Source: Eledone cirrhosa (lineage: Eukaryota). Taken from it: DNA of 64,000 nucleotides. The notes under the pieces are model-generated. The model was not told the DNA's origin, ran no database searches, and saw only the letters and a program-made list of their open reading frames with translations. Each line of letters begins with the position of its first letter. Position 1 is the stretch's first letter. The position numbers were made by a program, and so were the translations under genes. Where the stretch lies: positions 33,480,001 through 33,544,000 of the forward strand of contig OZ024753.1 of NCBI GenBank assembly GCA_964016885.1, given 5' to 3'. This document shows, piece by piece, positions 26,791-42,083 of the stretch.

Positions 26791-27389
26791 ATATATATCA
26801 TCATCACCACCACCATTTAACATCTATTTTTCCAGCTTGCATGAGTTAGACAGGTTGTCACGTTATGAATAGGTATAGCCATGTTGCACCCTGTGTTACA
26901 GTCATTCTACCGGAGAATTATGTTAAAGGTACACATGTGTCTTTGGAGTACTCAGCCACTTACATGTAAATTGAAGGAGAAAAGCATTCAGCTGATTGAA
27001 ACCCGAATGTTCACCATTAGAACAAACAGTGGACCCATCAAATATACGGGAGTGTGTTTATGCATTTGTGTTTGTATATCTGTGTTTGATTACCAGTCTG
27101 TCTATGTGCATGTTTGTATATGGGTCTGTCAGTGTGCATGTGTGTGTTGGGGGATGTTTATGTGCATTCGTGTGTGTATAGTTGTGTATTTGTTTATGGT
27201 CAGTCTGTGTACATGTGTGAGTGTATGGTATAATTATGTATATGTGTCAAAGCTATCACATTTAGGTGTTCAGAGACAATTTATGTCTTTAACAGAAAAT
27301 AGGCAATTCCATCTATTTCTAAGAAGTTGCCATGAGTAGACATCTCAAGTAGTGCCAGTTGAAATGTATCCATCTTCTTAACACAAACC

Positions 27390-27660
27390 AGTAGAATCAT
27401 TAGAATATAGGATAAATAGCTTGTGGCATTTGTTCATTAAAGTATTTAGAAGGTGTCAGTAGAATGTGGGACAAAATAGTTTGTGTTTTTTGTTACAGAG
27501 TTGTTAGAATGTAGGACAAAATACCTTGTGGTATTTATTCCTTAGAGTGTCTTTAGGGGTGTTATTTGATTGTAGTGAAAAATATCTTGTGCTATTTCTT
27601 TATTAGGATGTCATTAGAATGTAGGACAAAATAATTAGTAGTACTTCATTAGAAATATTT
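27390..27660 (+). repeat. Degenerate tandem array of TAGAATGTAGGACAAAATA.CTTGTGG units
   Basis: About 5 units with irregular ~45-65 bp spacing. Confidence 0.65.
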
Positions 27661-28549
27661 ATTTTGTACTATTTCTTCATTAGACTGCCACACTGGATGC
27701 TTTGTGCTATTTGTTCGAGCCTTTTGTATTCTGAAGACAAAAAAATAGTGGTCAGAATGTTGGACTCCTGATCATAAATTTGGTTGTGGGTTTAATACTT
27801 AGACTGGGTCAGGTGTTGCATTCTTGAACAAAATATTTTATTTCCTGTTGCTCCTTTTGCCAGTTGTTGTGACAGGCAGATATCAGCAGCAATGGAAAGA
27901 CGAATTGGTTTAATCTGAGCATCAGCACCTTTCCTTTTTCCTTGCATTGTGAGTTCACATATCACTGTGACTTATCTGCTACCATAAAAAATTGAATGTT
28001 GTTAATGATAACTGTGCAGGTTTTGCCAGCCTTCAGTAAGGTTGCATGTCACAGGACTTTTCTTTTGGAGTTTTAATGATAGGGCCCTACGTGTTTTAAG
28101 AGGCAGGATTTGAACACAGAATGCACAAGAACAGAACAGATACTGCAAGATATCCTGTCCATCACACTAACAATTCTGCTAATCCACCATCTTGGATTGG
28201 TACCATATTTATACTACTCCAAAGAGAAAAAAGGAAAGGTTTAACTCATAAAGTTGAAACAAATAACATATCAGCTCAGTTTTAATCTGCTTCTCTAATG
28301 AATCAACTAATTTGCCAAGTTGGGGTTTAATTCCTGTGAAAATAATTGGATTCTCACCATGTACACACTCATAGTTAAATGTAGATAGCATTACAGTTTT
28401 ATTTCACAATGTGCTCTCTACCAAGTATCCCTTTTACTTCAACCTTTCATTACTATATTGATAATGAAGTACATTGCCTGTATTTCACATAATATTTAGA
28501 GTAAATAAAACATTTAATTGCTTTAGATATATAATTAATTGTTTTTCAT

Positions 28550-28769
28550 TTAATTCTTTAGCATTTACATTATATATACTATTCTATGTTTGTAGTAAAG
28601 GCTTTATCTCATAATATCTTACATAATATCGTATATGTGAGATTTTGATATTATTTATTTTGAGAACATTACCTTAACATAAATATGACTGGAGAGTTTC
28701 GGCCAGTTTGAACACAAAGCGGTGAAAGAATTCAGGCTGGATGCAGCCGGTTTAATGCTGAAGGGTTAA
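28550..28769 (+). mobile_element. piggyBac-type MITE
   Basis: Homologous to 12158-12371; ends AATGCTGAAGGG-TTAA. Confidence 0.78.
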
Positions 28770-29248
28770 AGAATATATTTGCAACATAACATTTTTTTTT
28801 AGATAAAATTGTGATAAGATATTTTAATTTAAATAAGAACATTTCACCAGAATATTTGTATATAAAACCAAGTTGGTATCAAAAGTGAGAAAAGACTCCA
28901 CCACCCCTCCACTATTTTTAGCCCCCAACCAAATTTTATATATAGAGAGAATAACAATCAAAAGAAACAAATGTTTATACATAGAGATGAATCGATGCTC
29001 ACTTGAAATTAACTTGTCGATCCCCTTTTGACTCTAGAGTGGGAACAATTCTTTGCATTTAATCTGTAAATTTGACCTCAGTGGCATTTGACCTCAGAAA
29101 ATAAAATGCTATCTCTAAATGCTACAAGGTATTGTCTGACAATAAGAATTCTACCAATTCACTGCTGTAGTAATAATTCTTATTTCGGCTAGCAATTCAG
29201 AGAGAGGGGAAAGTCAATTATATTGACCTTAGTATTTTACTTTGACAA

Positions 29249-29500
29249 GGCACGTGGCTTAGTAGTTAGAGAGTTGGATTCACAATCATGAGATTGTGAG
29301 TTCAATTCTCAGACCGGGTGATGTGTTGTGTCCTTGAGCAAGACACTTTATTTCACATTACTTCTCCCAGGAATTGCGACCAGTAGATAGTATCAGCAAT
29401 GGAAAGACCAATAGAAACATTGTTTCCTCGGTCTGATTTGATGAGGTCCACCCCACTCGGCAAGCAAATGAGGTTTGGGATCTTGTCGATCGATCAGAGT
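29249..29500 (+). mobile_element. tRNA/CORE SINE (variant tail, same as 342-580)
   Basis: Same head and unique tail as 342-580. Confidence 0.82.
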
Positions 29501-30291
29501 GATTTTACTGGTATTTATTTTGGCCCTAGAAGGATGAAAAGCAATGTTGCCCTTAGTAAGATTTGAACTCAGGACATAAAGAGCCAGAACAAATATTGCA
29601 AAGCCTTTTACCCGAGGCTAACGATTGTGCCAATCCATTGCTCTAATAGTGATGATGATGGTGGTGATGATGATAATAGTGATCTTGATGATGATAGTGA
29701 GTATGATGAGGATTATAACTAGGAGGTGGTGGTGGTGGTGATTGTAATCAGGTGATGATTATATCACATACGTACCTATGTGATAACAATGATACCCAGA
29801 GAATACAAAGCATTAAAGTTCATTCAGTTCAGACATTATCTTTGTTTCTGTAATTTATTTAATTAAATCTTTTAATCTCTAATTAATTCAAACCTGTGAA
29901 ATAAGACAGCTCAGCATTCGATTAAAGGTGAATGCTAACATGAAGCTAAATTAAATAAAAGGACATTACCATAAATTGTGACATATTAATATCAATATTA
30001 ATTATTATTAGTATTAATTATTATTAGTATTATTATTACTACTATTATTATTATTAGTATTACTATTATTATTACTACTATTATTAGTAGTAGTTTTATT
30101 ATGTTACATCACACTTTGTAAATGAAGAATTTACACATTACAACTATCGTTGTAGCTATCTTCATTTTCAAAAGTCTTGGAATTTATTAATATTGCTCTT
30201 TCTTTACATATCTGTCACCATCATTCTCCTCCTCTTCCTCACCGTCCCCATCATTCTTGCCATCATCATCATCTTCGTCATATTCTCATAT

Positions 30292-30328
<37 letters not shown>

Positions 30329-30385
30329 ACACATATATATAGTCTCCACAATCATTCTCACATGCCGATATACAGAGACTCTTAA

Positions 30386-30422
<37 letters not shown>

Positions 30423-30679
30423 GTCTCCACAATCATTCTCACATGCCGATCGATATTTACAGAGACTCTTAAATACACACACACACACACACACACACGA
30501 GTATATTTTTCATATGTACATACAGACATTATCACACACATATTCACTCTCAGCTACATGGCATCCATATATATTAAGTGTCTATGGTAACATATTAAAT
30601 GTCTATGAGACAACAAGGGTGATTGTATATGATTACTTGAAATTGCATCCATTACTCCTTCAAATCAAATCTTATTGTC

Positions 30680-30887
30680 TAAACCCTTTAGCATTTAAAC
30701 TGGCTGTATCCGGCCAGAAATCTCACCTAATTCTGTTCAAACTGGATATATCCCAGCCACTCATATTAACATTAAGATATTGTTCTTAAAATAATATCAA
30801 AATCTTGTCGATTCGATATTATGTGAGATAACGACTTTACTGTGAAAATATAGTAAATCTAGAGTAATGTAAATGCTAAAGGGTTAA
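30680..30887 (-). mobile_element. piggyBac-type MITE, reverse orientation
   Basis: CCCTTTAGCATTTA...TAAATGCTAAAGGG-TTAA. Confidence 0.8.
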
Positions 30888-31187
30888 AGAAGATGTAGTA
30901 ATAAAAGGCTCTAATCAACTGGGATGGCCTGACTGGAATACCTTTGTCTAACTTTCTGGTGTTTAAGCAATTATACAAAGTTGTTCTTGTTATTGTCATT
31001 TAACCTCAGGCTAATAATGATCAAGCATGAACCTATAATGAAAAGCATGTCAACCAGGATGATCCTATTTTTTTAATCAGACTGAATCCTAGACTAATCT
31101 AACATATACTATTTTCTTAACCTTATTCATACCAGCCCACCTAAAACTACCTGTTTCTATGAAACAAACTCACCCATTTTTAAGTGT

Positions 31188-31458
31188 TCTTCTTCGCCCA
31201 CATATTCCTAAGAGGGTCCTTGGGGCAGAGTCCCCAAACACTCCTTCCAGCAGGTCCTGTCAGAAGCAACCATTTTTAACTGATCTGGTTGGATCCCCAA
31301 GTGCGAGCAGCCAAGCTCTTGGATGTTATCAAACCATCTTTCTTGGGTCTCCTACTGGACTCTGAACTACACACTCTCGAGTAACATTACTCCAAAGGCC
31401 CTTTGGAGGAACCCATTTCGGCTGCTTATATTTACTATCATATTCTTTCGATCATTAC
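31188..31458 (-). pseudogene. RTE (Expander/Rex3-like) 3' fragment
   Basis: Homologous to the 3' part of 6735-7342 (GGTCCTGTCAGAAGCAACCAT). Confidence 0.72.
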
Positions 31459-31944
31459 TTAAGATTCTAAAGTGTTCCTGTATAAATTAAAAACTTCCAG
31501 CATAATTTCATATATGAACTTTTTCATAAATTTTGTTACAAATACATATTAAATCTCTCCAAATTCTTCATTAATTAATTAAAATACAGTGTATTTTATT
31601 AGAAATATGGTTATAAAAGAGTTAAATGCAATAAGGTGTGATCTGTAGAAGATTTTGTGGCTATTTCTAGAAGATCAAACAACCACTTTAGGGCTCTGTC
31701 ACATTAGTTCATATTATTAAATTGTTTATCCCTAAAGCATCCCTGAGCAAGCAAATCTATGATCAAAGGCATTCCAGCTGTAACCATCTCTCCTTATTTC
31801 TATGGGTAAAAAACCGAGGACTATATAATCCAAAGTTCGTTTATGAGACAATAAGGTGTGATTTGCCAAAGATATGATTGCTCTTTCTATCAGATCAAGC
31901 AACTACACTAGCTTTTCAACATTATATCCTATTTTTAAAGCTTT

Positions 31945-32090
31945 GGCATTGGACAAATGTTTAACAGTATTTGTTTTGGTTCTTTATGTTCTGAGTTCAA
32001 ATCCTGCTGATGTCAACTTTGTCTTTCATCATTTTGAAGTCGATTAAATAAAGTACCAGTAAAATACTAGGGTTGGTATAATCAACTTTC
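31945..32090 (+). mobile_element. SINE family B, diverged
   Basis: CTGAGTTCAAATCC...AACTTTGTCTTTCATC...GTCGATTAAATAAAGTACCAG. Confidence 0.7.
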
Positions 32091-32114
32091 TCCTTGCTAC
32101 AAACAGAAGGCTCA

Positions 32115-32368
32115 TTAGGCCGGTGCTTATCCCAGTTTCATAGCACGAAGGGACTGAGAGTACAAGACTCCTGCCTGTACAGGCTGCCAGTCCGTCACAG
32201 GGTTAAACACCCAGCTAGTGTTGGTACTCATTTTCAGCTGAGTATACTGGAGCAACATGAAATGAAGTGTTTTGCTCAAGAACACAACATGCGACCCAGC
32301 CCAGGAATCAAATCCACGACATTATGATACTAAGTTCAACACCCTTACCACTAGGCCATGCACCTCCA
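32115..32368 (-). mobile_element. CORE-type tRNA SINE (other subfamily)
   Basis: Minus strand GGAGGTGCATGGCCTAGTGG head and TTCTTGAGCAAAACACTTCATTTCA core. Confidence 0.75.
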
Positions 32369-32979
32369 CTAAAATGCACTCCATTTGCATTAAGTCTTAC
32401 TTTATTATATTTTATATCATTAAATCCCTGCAGGCAATATCTAGTTAACTAATAGCTAGCTGCAATTATGTGCAATTACCTGTATTATGGAGAGCATTTA
32501 TAGCACTTAGCACAAATCAACTTGCTAAAAAATTTAAACATACTTTCAGCTTAAAATTGAGCAAATGTTTTTTTTTTAAATAAAATATTTTGTTATTTAT
32601 TTCTCATCAATATTTTCATCAGTTTTTTTTTATTTTCTGCGTGTGTTTTGCCAATGTATCTTGAGGAAATGTTTTCCCCCAATCAAATAAAGGCCAGCAG
32701 ATCAATCTATTGGGAATTATCAACTTTCCATTGACTTTACATTAATATTTGCTTTCGACATTTATCGATCTATTTATTTATTATATTTAAACTGGGATTA
32801 CAATATATTTTATTTTAAATTTTAAGCGAATTTTGTTTATTTTTATTTTTGATTTTCTACCATAATGTTTTCTTTTCATCTTTTATTTTGTTTACTTTAT
32901 CAATTCATATATATGTATATATTTGAACATTGTTTAACATTTATATACATACATTCTGTGTATATATTATATATATATG

Positions 32980-33010
<31 letters not shown>

Positions 33011-33013
<3 letters not shown>

Positions 33014-33223
33014 AACAGAGTCAGGACCCCGACGGCTGAGCTCCAGGCATTTCGACAGCTAGATTGAACTGATTCAGGATATCGATGGTTGAGCTCCTGC
33101 CATTCGAATAGCTATTCGCTATTTCCAGGGTCCTGAATCCTTCATATTACCACATTCTACTACCCCAAGTATCAAGTACTCTGCTGAATAATGGTTTAAC
33201 AGGTCTTTACTGCATCCATTTGG
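33011..33223 (+). mobile_element. Family H element, second subfamily
   Basis: GACCCCGACGGCTGAGCTCC...TTTCGACAGCTAGAT and tail CTACTACCCCAAGTATCAAGTACTCTG; (TA)n on both sides. Confidence 0.7.
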
Positions 33224-33511
33224 TATATATATATATATATAATGGGCTTCTGCACAGTTTCTGCGTACCAAGTTTCCATCATATGGCATTAGTGAACTAA
33301 CGGCTACAGTAGAAGACACTTGTTGAGTGTGTCACGCAATGGGACCAAACGTGAAACCATACTAGCACCTATTGTTTCAAAGTTTATGTATATTTTTATA
33401 TTGTTTATAATTTGTATACACGCACATGTATTTATATATATATATATCAACAAATATGAATCAATGAAAGTGTGTGTGTGTGTGTGTGCGTGTGCGTGTG
33501 CGTGTGCATAT

Positions 33512-33815
33512 GGAGGCACATGGCTTATTGGTTAGATCATTGGTCTTGCAATTGAAAGGTTGTGAGTTCAATTCTCAGACTGGGTGATGTGTTGTTTCCT
33601 TGAGCAAGACACTTTATTTCCCATTGCTTCAGTTTACTCAGCTGTAGAAATGAGATAATAGGGACTGGAGTCCCTATCATTCCACTGCAAAGTGGGCGTG
33701 GAGGTGCCACACCAAAAAAGCACCCAGCACTCACTGTAAATGAGGTTGATGTTAGGAATGGCATCCAGCTGTAGAAATCAAACCAGAATCAGTTCCCGTC
33801 CGCTTTGGACGTAAA

Positions 33816-33853
<38 letters not shown>

Positions 33854-33859
33854 AATGAT
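33512..33859 (+). mobile_element. SINE family A with long (ATG)n tail
   Basis: Matches 24857-25200 with a small 3' deletion. Confidence 0.9.
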
Positions 33860-33912
33860 GGGAAAATGTTCAAGACCCCGACGGCAGAACTGAAGCCGTT
33901 TCGACGGCAATT
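33860..33912. mobile_element. Family H single arm
   Basis: GACCCCGACGGCAGAACTGAAGCCGTTTCGACGGC. Confidence 0.65.
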
Positions 33913-34249
33913 TATATATATGTGTGTCATTTATTGATAAAAAAAAAAATGCACCGTCTTTCTTTTGCTTTTTGGTTCTGCAACAAAATATTGATATTCA
34001 ATGGATACAGCTAATAAAATTATTTTCATTTTTATCATTAAAATCCTTGTTTTTTATTATTGTTATTTTTGTTATTTATTATTGTTATTTTTATTGGTAT
34101 GTTCATTATTTTTTCATAATTTATTTTTCCTTTTTACAGTTATAAACATCTATATTATTAATCTTCTTATTCGGCTTGATTTCTTTATTACCATTTGTTG
34201 CTGTACAATATTAGTTAGTTACAGTTGGATGGGAGGCAAGGCTTGTCAT

Positions 34250-34630
34250 ATTACTCTTTCCACCATTGCTATCTTCTGTTCTTGGATCAATTGCAGGCCA
34301 GTATCCTGCTTCGTGTTGCCAATATAAATGATAAGGAGTTGACCACACTTCTCTGTCCATCACTGCCATCTTCAGTTCCTGGATAAATTCCAGGCTGGTA
34401 TCCACTATGTTGTCAATGTTTGTGACAAGGAGTGGAGTAGACCACATTTCTCTTTCTACCTTTGCTATCTTCTGTTCCTAGATCAATTCCACGCCAGTAT
34501 CCTAGTTCAGGTTGTCGATATATATGATATGATGTCCTCAACACCTTATTTCATGCAGTGGATCCCACAGGATCAGATTTCATGCTTCCCCTTCTTGATA
34601 CCATGAACACAATATCCTGATAGACAGACT
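34250..34630 (-). pseudogene. Decayed LINE (RTE-like) 3' end with internal duplication
   Basis: Minus-strand DTSLEFIQELKMAVMDREVWS; 34250-34330 resembles 34455-34530. Confidence 0.5.
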
Positions 34631-35987
34631 CAATATTCTCTGATCTTCTCACTTACTTGTGGGATGTTTTTTATTCAGGCAGTGGTATGTCAGTTCTATG
34701 AGATGACATCCGTAGCCCTTTCTTTAACCATTCTACATTTCTCAAGAAAGGGATGCTGTAAGTGGTTTCCTTCACATGGCAGTGTGTAGCTAATGCAGAG
34801 AGAGAGAGGGAGAGAGAATGAACCCCAGTATTTGACTGCTACTTTATTCATTGATTTTGATAGGATGTAAGTGCATTATTTGCACTCAGAACCACAAGCT
34901 ATTCCACTTAATGCTTTAATGACTGCCAATTTACCATCTTTTATCAAGTAACTTTGTTATGTCATCAACAGCTCTTTAGCCTGTATAAATCTGTGATAGG
35001 CTTAGCAAAGAACTATCAAAGACCGAGTAAATGTATGACAGAACCATGATAATTACTACAAAGTATTGGATTCTCTAACAATTCTGCTTATCAACCAACT
35101 TATACTGACTATACAGATATTGTCATCATCACTATCCTTTTGATTTTGATTTTCCAATATGACATTGGTTGGCAAGGTCATTACAGTTTAAGTCAGTATT
35201 TATTCAGGGTTATTGCCCCTCTAGAGAAGCTGAGGGGCTATGTCTCGCTCATATGTCCCATTTTGGAATTATGATGATACATTAAATGATTTGTTATTTT
35301 GATGAATTATAACAATACATTAAAAAGCCAACAGTTTGTGACACACAAAAGAAACCTCTTATAAAGAGGTCAAGATTCAGAGTAATCACAATAGAAGATA
35401 CAGTGTAATACTATCAGTATTATTTTCAATAAAAACAATAGCAACCATTTTATTCCTAAAATAGATAGTGACACTAACATATACGTGAAAGATTATCCTT
35501 TGTTATTTATTCAGAATGCCTTATTTTAGATTAAAAATTATACAAAAAAAAAAAAAAATACTGTTTATAATTATAAAGCCGCAAGCAAGCAGAAATGATA
35601 AAAATAAATCAGAACTTTTGACTGGCTACCAGTATTTATAACCCTCTTCTCATTACTTATTTGCTTCTTAAGGAGACAAATAACAATCATGACAAATAGA
35701 TATGTTTTTGGTTATCAAAAATGAAAGTGATGCATTACAAGTGGTGTATAATTTGTGCAAGAGTTTGAGTTAAAACATTATATCTTCTCCTCAAATGTCT
35801 GTTCTATTTTATTGATACAAATGACCTTTTCCGCTACTCTGTAATTATGTGTGGTGCCGTGAAATGAATGTATATACATTTTTTTAATTATTTATTTATT
35901 TAATATACATTGAACATTAGTGCTGCTAGCACTAAGTTTCCAATAGACCAATCACACACACACACACAAAATGATGATGATGATGAT

Positions 35988-36047
35988 AATAATTGTTTCT
36001 AATTTAGGCACAAAGCCAGCACATACCCAGTACACTACTGGTACTTT
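35988..36047 (-). mobile_element. SINE family B 3' fragment truncated by the TA array
   Basis: AATAATTGTTTCTAATTTAGGCACAA.GCCAGCA...CTGGTACTTTA. Confidence 0.7.
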
Positions 36048-36296
36048 ATACATATATATATACATGCATACATACATATATATATACATATATATATGAT
36101 ATATACATACATATATATATACATATATACATACATATATATATACATATATATATATATATACATACATATATATATACATACATATATATATATACAT
36201 ACATATATATATACATACATATATATATACATATATATATATATATACATACATACATATATATATACATACATATATATATACATATATATATAC

Positions 36297-36327
<31 letters not shown>

Positions 36328-36340
36328 CATACATATATAC

Positions 36341-36371
<31 letters not shown>

Positions 36372-36430
36372 CATACATATACATATATATACATATATAT
36401 ATATATACATATATATATACATACATATAC

Positions 36431-36463
<33 letters not shown>

Positions 36464-36474
36464 CATACATATAC

Positions 36475-36506
<32 letters not shown>

Positions 36507-36973
36507 ATACATACATATATACATATATATATACATATATACATATATATATACATACATATATACATACATACATATATATATACATACATATATATAT
36601 ACATACATATATATATACATATATATATACATACATAATATATACATACATATATATATACATATATATATATATACATATATATATACATATATATATA
36701 CATATATATATATATACATATATAATATACATATATACATATATACATATATATACATATATACATATATATACATATATACATATATATATACATATAT
36801 ACATATATATACATATATATATACATATATATATACATATATACATATATAACATATATATATATATACATATATACATATATATATATATACATATATA
36901 CATATATATATACATATATATATATATACATATATACATATATATATATATACATATATACATATATATATAC

Positions 36974-37006
<33 letters not shown>

Positions 37007-37007
37007 C

Positions 37008-37052
<45 letters not shown>

Positions 37053-38408
37053 CATATATATATATATATACACATATATATATATACATATACATATATA
37101 CATACATATATACATATATATATATATACATACATATATACATACATATATACATATATATATATATACATACATATATATACATATATAATATATATAT
37201 ACATACATATATACATACATATATACATACATACATATATACATATATACATATATACATACATATACATATACATATATACATATACATATACATATAC
37301 ATACATATATATACATATATATACATATACATATATACATATACATATACATATACATACATATATATACATATATATATATACATATATATATACATAT
37401 ACATACATATATATACATATATACATATATATATATACATATATATACATATATATATATACATATATATATATACATATATATACATACATATATATAC
37501 ATATATATATATACATATATATATATACATATAATACATATATATATATACATATATATATATACATATATATACATATATATATATACATATATATATA
37601 TACATATATATACATATATATATATACATATATATACATATATATATATACATATATATATATACATATATATACATATATATATATACATATATATACA
37701 TATATATATATACATATATATACATACATATATATACATATATATATATACATATATATATATACATATATATATATACATATATATACATATATATATA
37801 TACATATATAATATATACATATATACATATATATATATACATATATATACATATATATATATACATATATATACATATATATATATACATATATATACAT
37901 ATACATATATATACATATATATATATACATATATATATACATATACATATATATACATATATATATATACATATATATACATATATATATATACATATAT
38001 ATACATATATATATATATACATATATATACATATACATATATATACATATACATATATATACATATATATACATATACATATATATACATATATATATAC
38101 ATATACATATATATACATATACATATATATACATATACATATATATACATATACATATATATACATATACATATATATACATATATATATACATATACAT
38201 ATATATACATATATATATATATACATATATATACATATATATACATATACATATATATACATATATATATATATACATATATATACATATATATACATAT
38301 ACATATATATACATATACATATATATACATATACATACATATACATATATATACATATACATATATATACATATATATATACATATACATATATATACAT
38401 ATATATAT
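36048..38408. repeat. Long compound (TA)nCA microsatellite
   Basis: Direct inspection. Confidence 0.97.
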
Positions 38409-38726
38409 CATCATCATCATCACCGTTTTACGTCCGTTCTTCCACGCTAGCATGGGTTAGACGGGTTGTCCTGTTGTGGGCAGTGTCTGGTCGGCTGACC
38501 ATGCCTTGCTCATACAGGAACTGATCTGGCTTGATTTCTACAGCTGGATGCCCTTCCTAACACCAACCTCATTTACAGTGAGTGCTGGGTGCTTTTTCGT
38601 GGCGCCTACACGTCCACTTTACAGTGTGGGCTGGGTGCTTTTTTGCCGTGGCACCTCCACGGCCACCTTGCGGTGGGTGGGGTGGGGGGCATATTGTTTA
38701 TATGCTTCAGCATGTACCCATGGGAA
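38408..38726 (-). mobile_element. RTE-type 3' UTR fragment (related subfamily)
   Basis: (ATG)n tail, GGTGTTAGGAAGGGCATCCAGCTGTAGAAA module and two ~48-bp internal repeats on the minus strand. Confidence 0.8.
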
Positions 38727-38874
38727 TATATGTATGTATATATATATACATATATATACATATTTATATATATACATATACATATATATACATATATATA
38801 TACATATATATACATATATATATATATACATATACACATATACATATATATACATATATATATATACATACATA

Positions 38875-38940
<66 letters not shown>

Positions 38941-39317
38941 CATATATATATATACATATATATATATATACATATATATATATACATATATATATATATA
39001 CATATATATATATACATATATATATATATACATATATATATATACATATATATATATACATATATACATATATATATACATATACATATATATACATATA
39101 CATATATATACATATACATATACATATATATACATATACATATATATACATATATATACATATACATATATATACATATACATATACATATACATATATA
39201 TACATATATATACATATATATATATACATATACATATATACATATACATATACATATATATATATACATATACATATATATACATATATATATATATACA
39301 TACATACATATATATAC

Positions 39318-39360
<43 letters not shown>

Positions 39361-39362
39361 CA

Positions 39363-39394
<32 letters not shown>

Positions 39395-39395
39395 C

Positions 39396-39468
<73 letters not shown>

Positions 39469-39500
39469 CATATATATATATACATATATATATATACATA
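38727..39500. repeat. (TA)nCA microsatellite
   Basis: Direct inspection. Confidence 0.97.
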
Positions 39501-39538
39501 TAATATAAGATCAAAAGATGGTTAAAGGAGTTCCATAT

Positions 39539-39607
39539 ATTTTATTATGCGCATTTCAAAAACAAACATCATCAAGCAATAATATTTGTGTTTTCATCAG
39601 ATAAAAC
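39539..39607 (-). ncRNA. Type I hammerhead ribozyme motif
   Basis: Exact reverse complement of 40567-40635. Confidence 0.8.
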
Positions 39608-40566
39608 AGGAGAACATGATATGAAGGCTAAAAAATACTTGTTGATAGTGCAGTTTTAAATCAACATATGAAAAGTGGTTTTAGATTGATGTGTGATATT
39701 GGGAAAAATATTTTATTTAGAGAGGGGGGGGAAGGATGAAAAGGGAAGGAGATGAGAGGGAGAGATGGGTGATAGAGAGAAAGAGATAGTTTTTATAACT
39801 GAGAGGAGATATATTTTTTACATAGAGGAGTTGAAAACCGTTGGAAGATACTGTATAAATTAAAAATTTTGAAAATTAACGAAGGGAGGATATGTGCGAG
39901 GAAAAAATATTTTATTTAGGGAGGGGTGGGTGGAAAGGATGAAAAAAAGGGGGGAGGAGATGAGAGTGAAGGTGGGGAGGGAGAGATGGGTGATAGAGAG
40001 AAAGAGATAGTTTTTATAACTGAGAAAAAGATATATTGTTTTAATATAGAGAGGTTGGGAACCGTTGGAAGATAATGTATAAATTAAAGGAATTTGAAAA
40101 TTAACGAAGGGAAATTATGTATGAAGATAGAGAGAAAAAAATAATAATTGTGGGTGAATATTCTAACGTCAAAAGAAGAAATGTGTGTATTGTGGCAATT
40201 TCAAAATTAGCGAAGAGAAAAGTTGTTATGGTTTGTGTGTAGAAGGATTTGAGAAAAATAATGTGAAGTTAAAGTTTGTATATTGTATATTGTATATCGT
40301 TAATTTTCAAAATTTTTAATTTATACAGTATCTTCCAACGGTTTTCAACCCCTCTATGTAAAAAATATATCTCCTCTCAGTTATAAAAACTATCTCTTTC
40401 TCTCTATCACCCATCTCTCCCTCTCATCTCCTTCCCTTTCCCCCCCCCCCTCTCTAAATAAAATATTTTTCCCAATATCACACATCAATCTAAAACCACT
40501 TTTCATATGTTGATTTAAAACTGCACTATCAACAAGTGTTTTTTAGCCTTCATATCATGTTCTCCT

Positions 40567-40635
40567 GTTTTATCTGATGAAAACACAAATATTATTGCTT
40601 GATGATGTTTGTTTTTGAAATGCGCATAATAAAAT
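40567..40635 (+). ncRNA. Type I hammerhead ribozyme motif
   Basis: Stem I GTTTTAT/ATAAAAT; CTGATGA 40574-40580; ~16-bp stem II with GCTT loop; GAAA 40617-40620; stem III T-GCGC-A (palindromic); AUA triplet ending at 40628. Confidence 0.82.
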
Positions 40636-40759
40636 ATATGGAACTCCTTTAACCATCTTTTGATCTTATATTATGCATACTCCAGTCCCACAAACTGTAG
40701 AGTGCTTCTTATCCGATATCTGCATTGCTTTATTGTACTACAATAAAACTCACCTCCTA

Positions 40760-41965
<1,206 letters not shown>

Positions 41966-41966
41966 C

Positions 41967-42083
41967 TTATTCTGATGAAATGACAGTAAATAATAACATT
42001 GAAATATTGAATGTCTGCATAACTAAAAGTTTGTAGATAGCTGTTTTAGGTTATGTAACTGTTATAGAAACACGTGTCAATAA
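41967..42083 (+). ncRNA. Type I hammerhead ribozyme motif with enlarged stem II
   Basis: Stem I TTATT/AATAA; CTGATGA 41972-41978; stem II ATGACAG/CTGTTAT enclosing ~70 nt; GAAA 42067-42070; stem III C-ACGT-G (palindromic); GUC ending at 42078. Confidence 0.75.

Larger units (their letters stand above)
39500..40759. mobile_element. Head-to-head fold-back element with two hammerhead ribozymes
   Basis: ~380-bp near-identical inverted arms 39500-39882/40297-40674, ~85-bp extension of the right arm, no ORF, (TA)n on both sides. Confidence 0.85.

Noticed and set aside
30334-30497. ~80-bp local duplication containing CA/TA repeats
   Set aside because: Ordinary slippage-type duplication in microsatellite context
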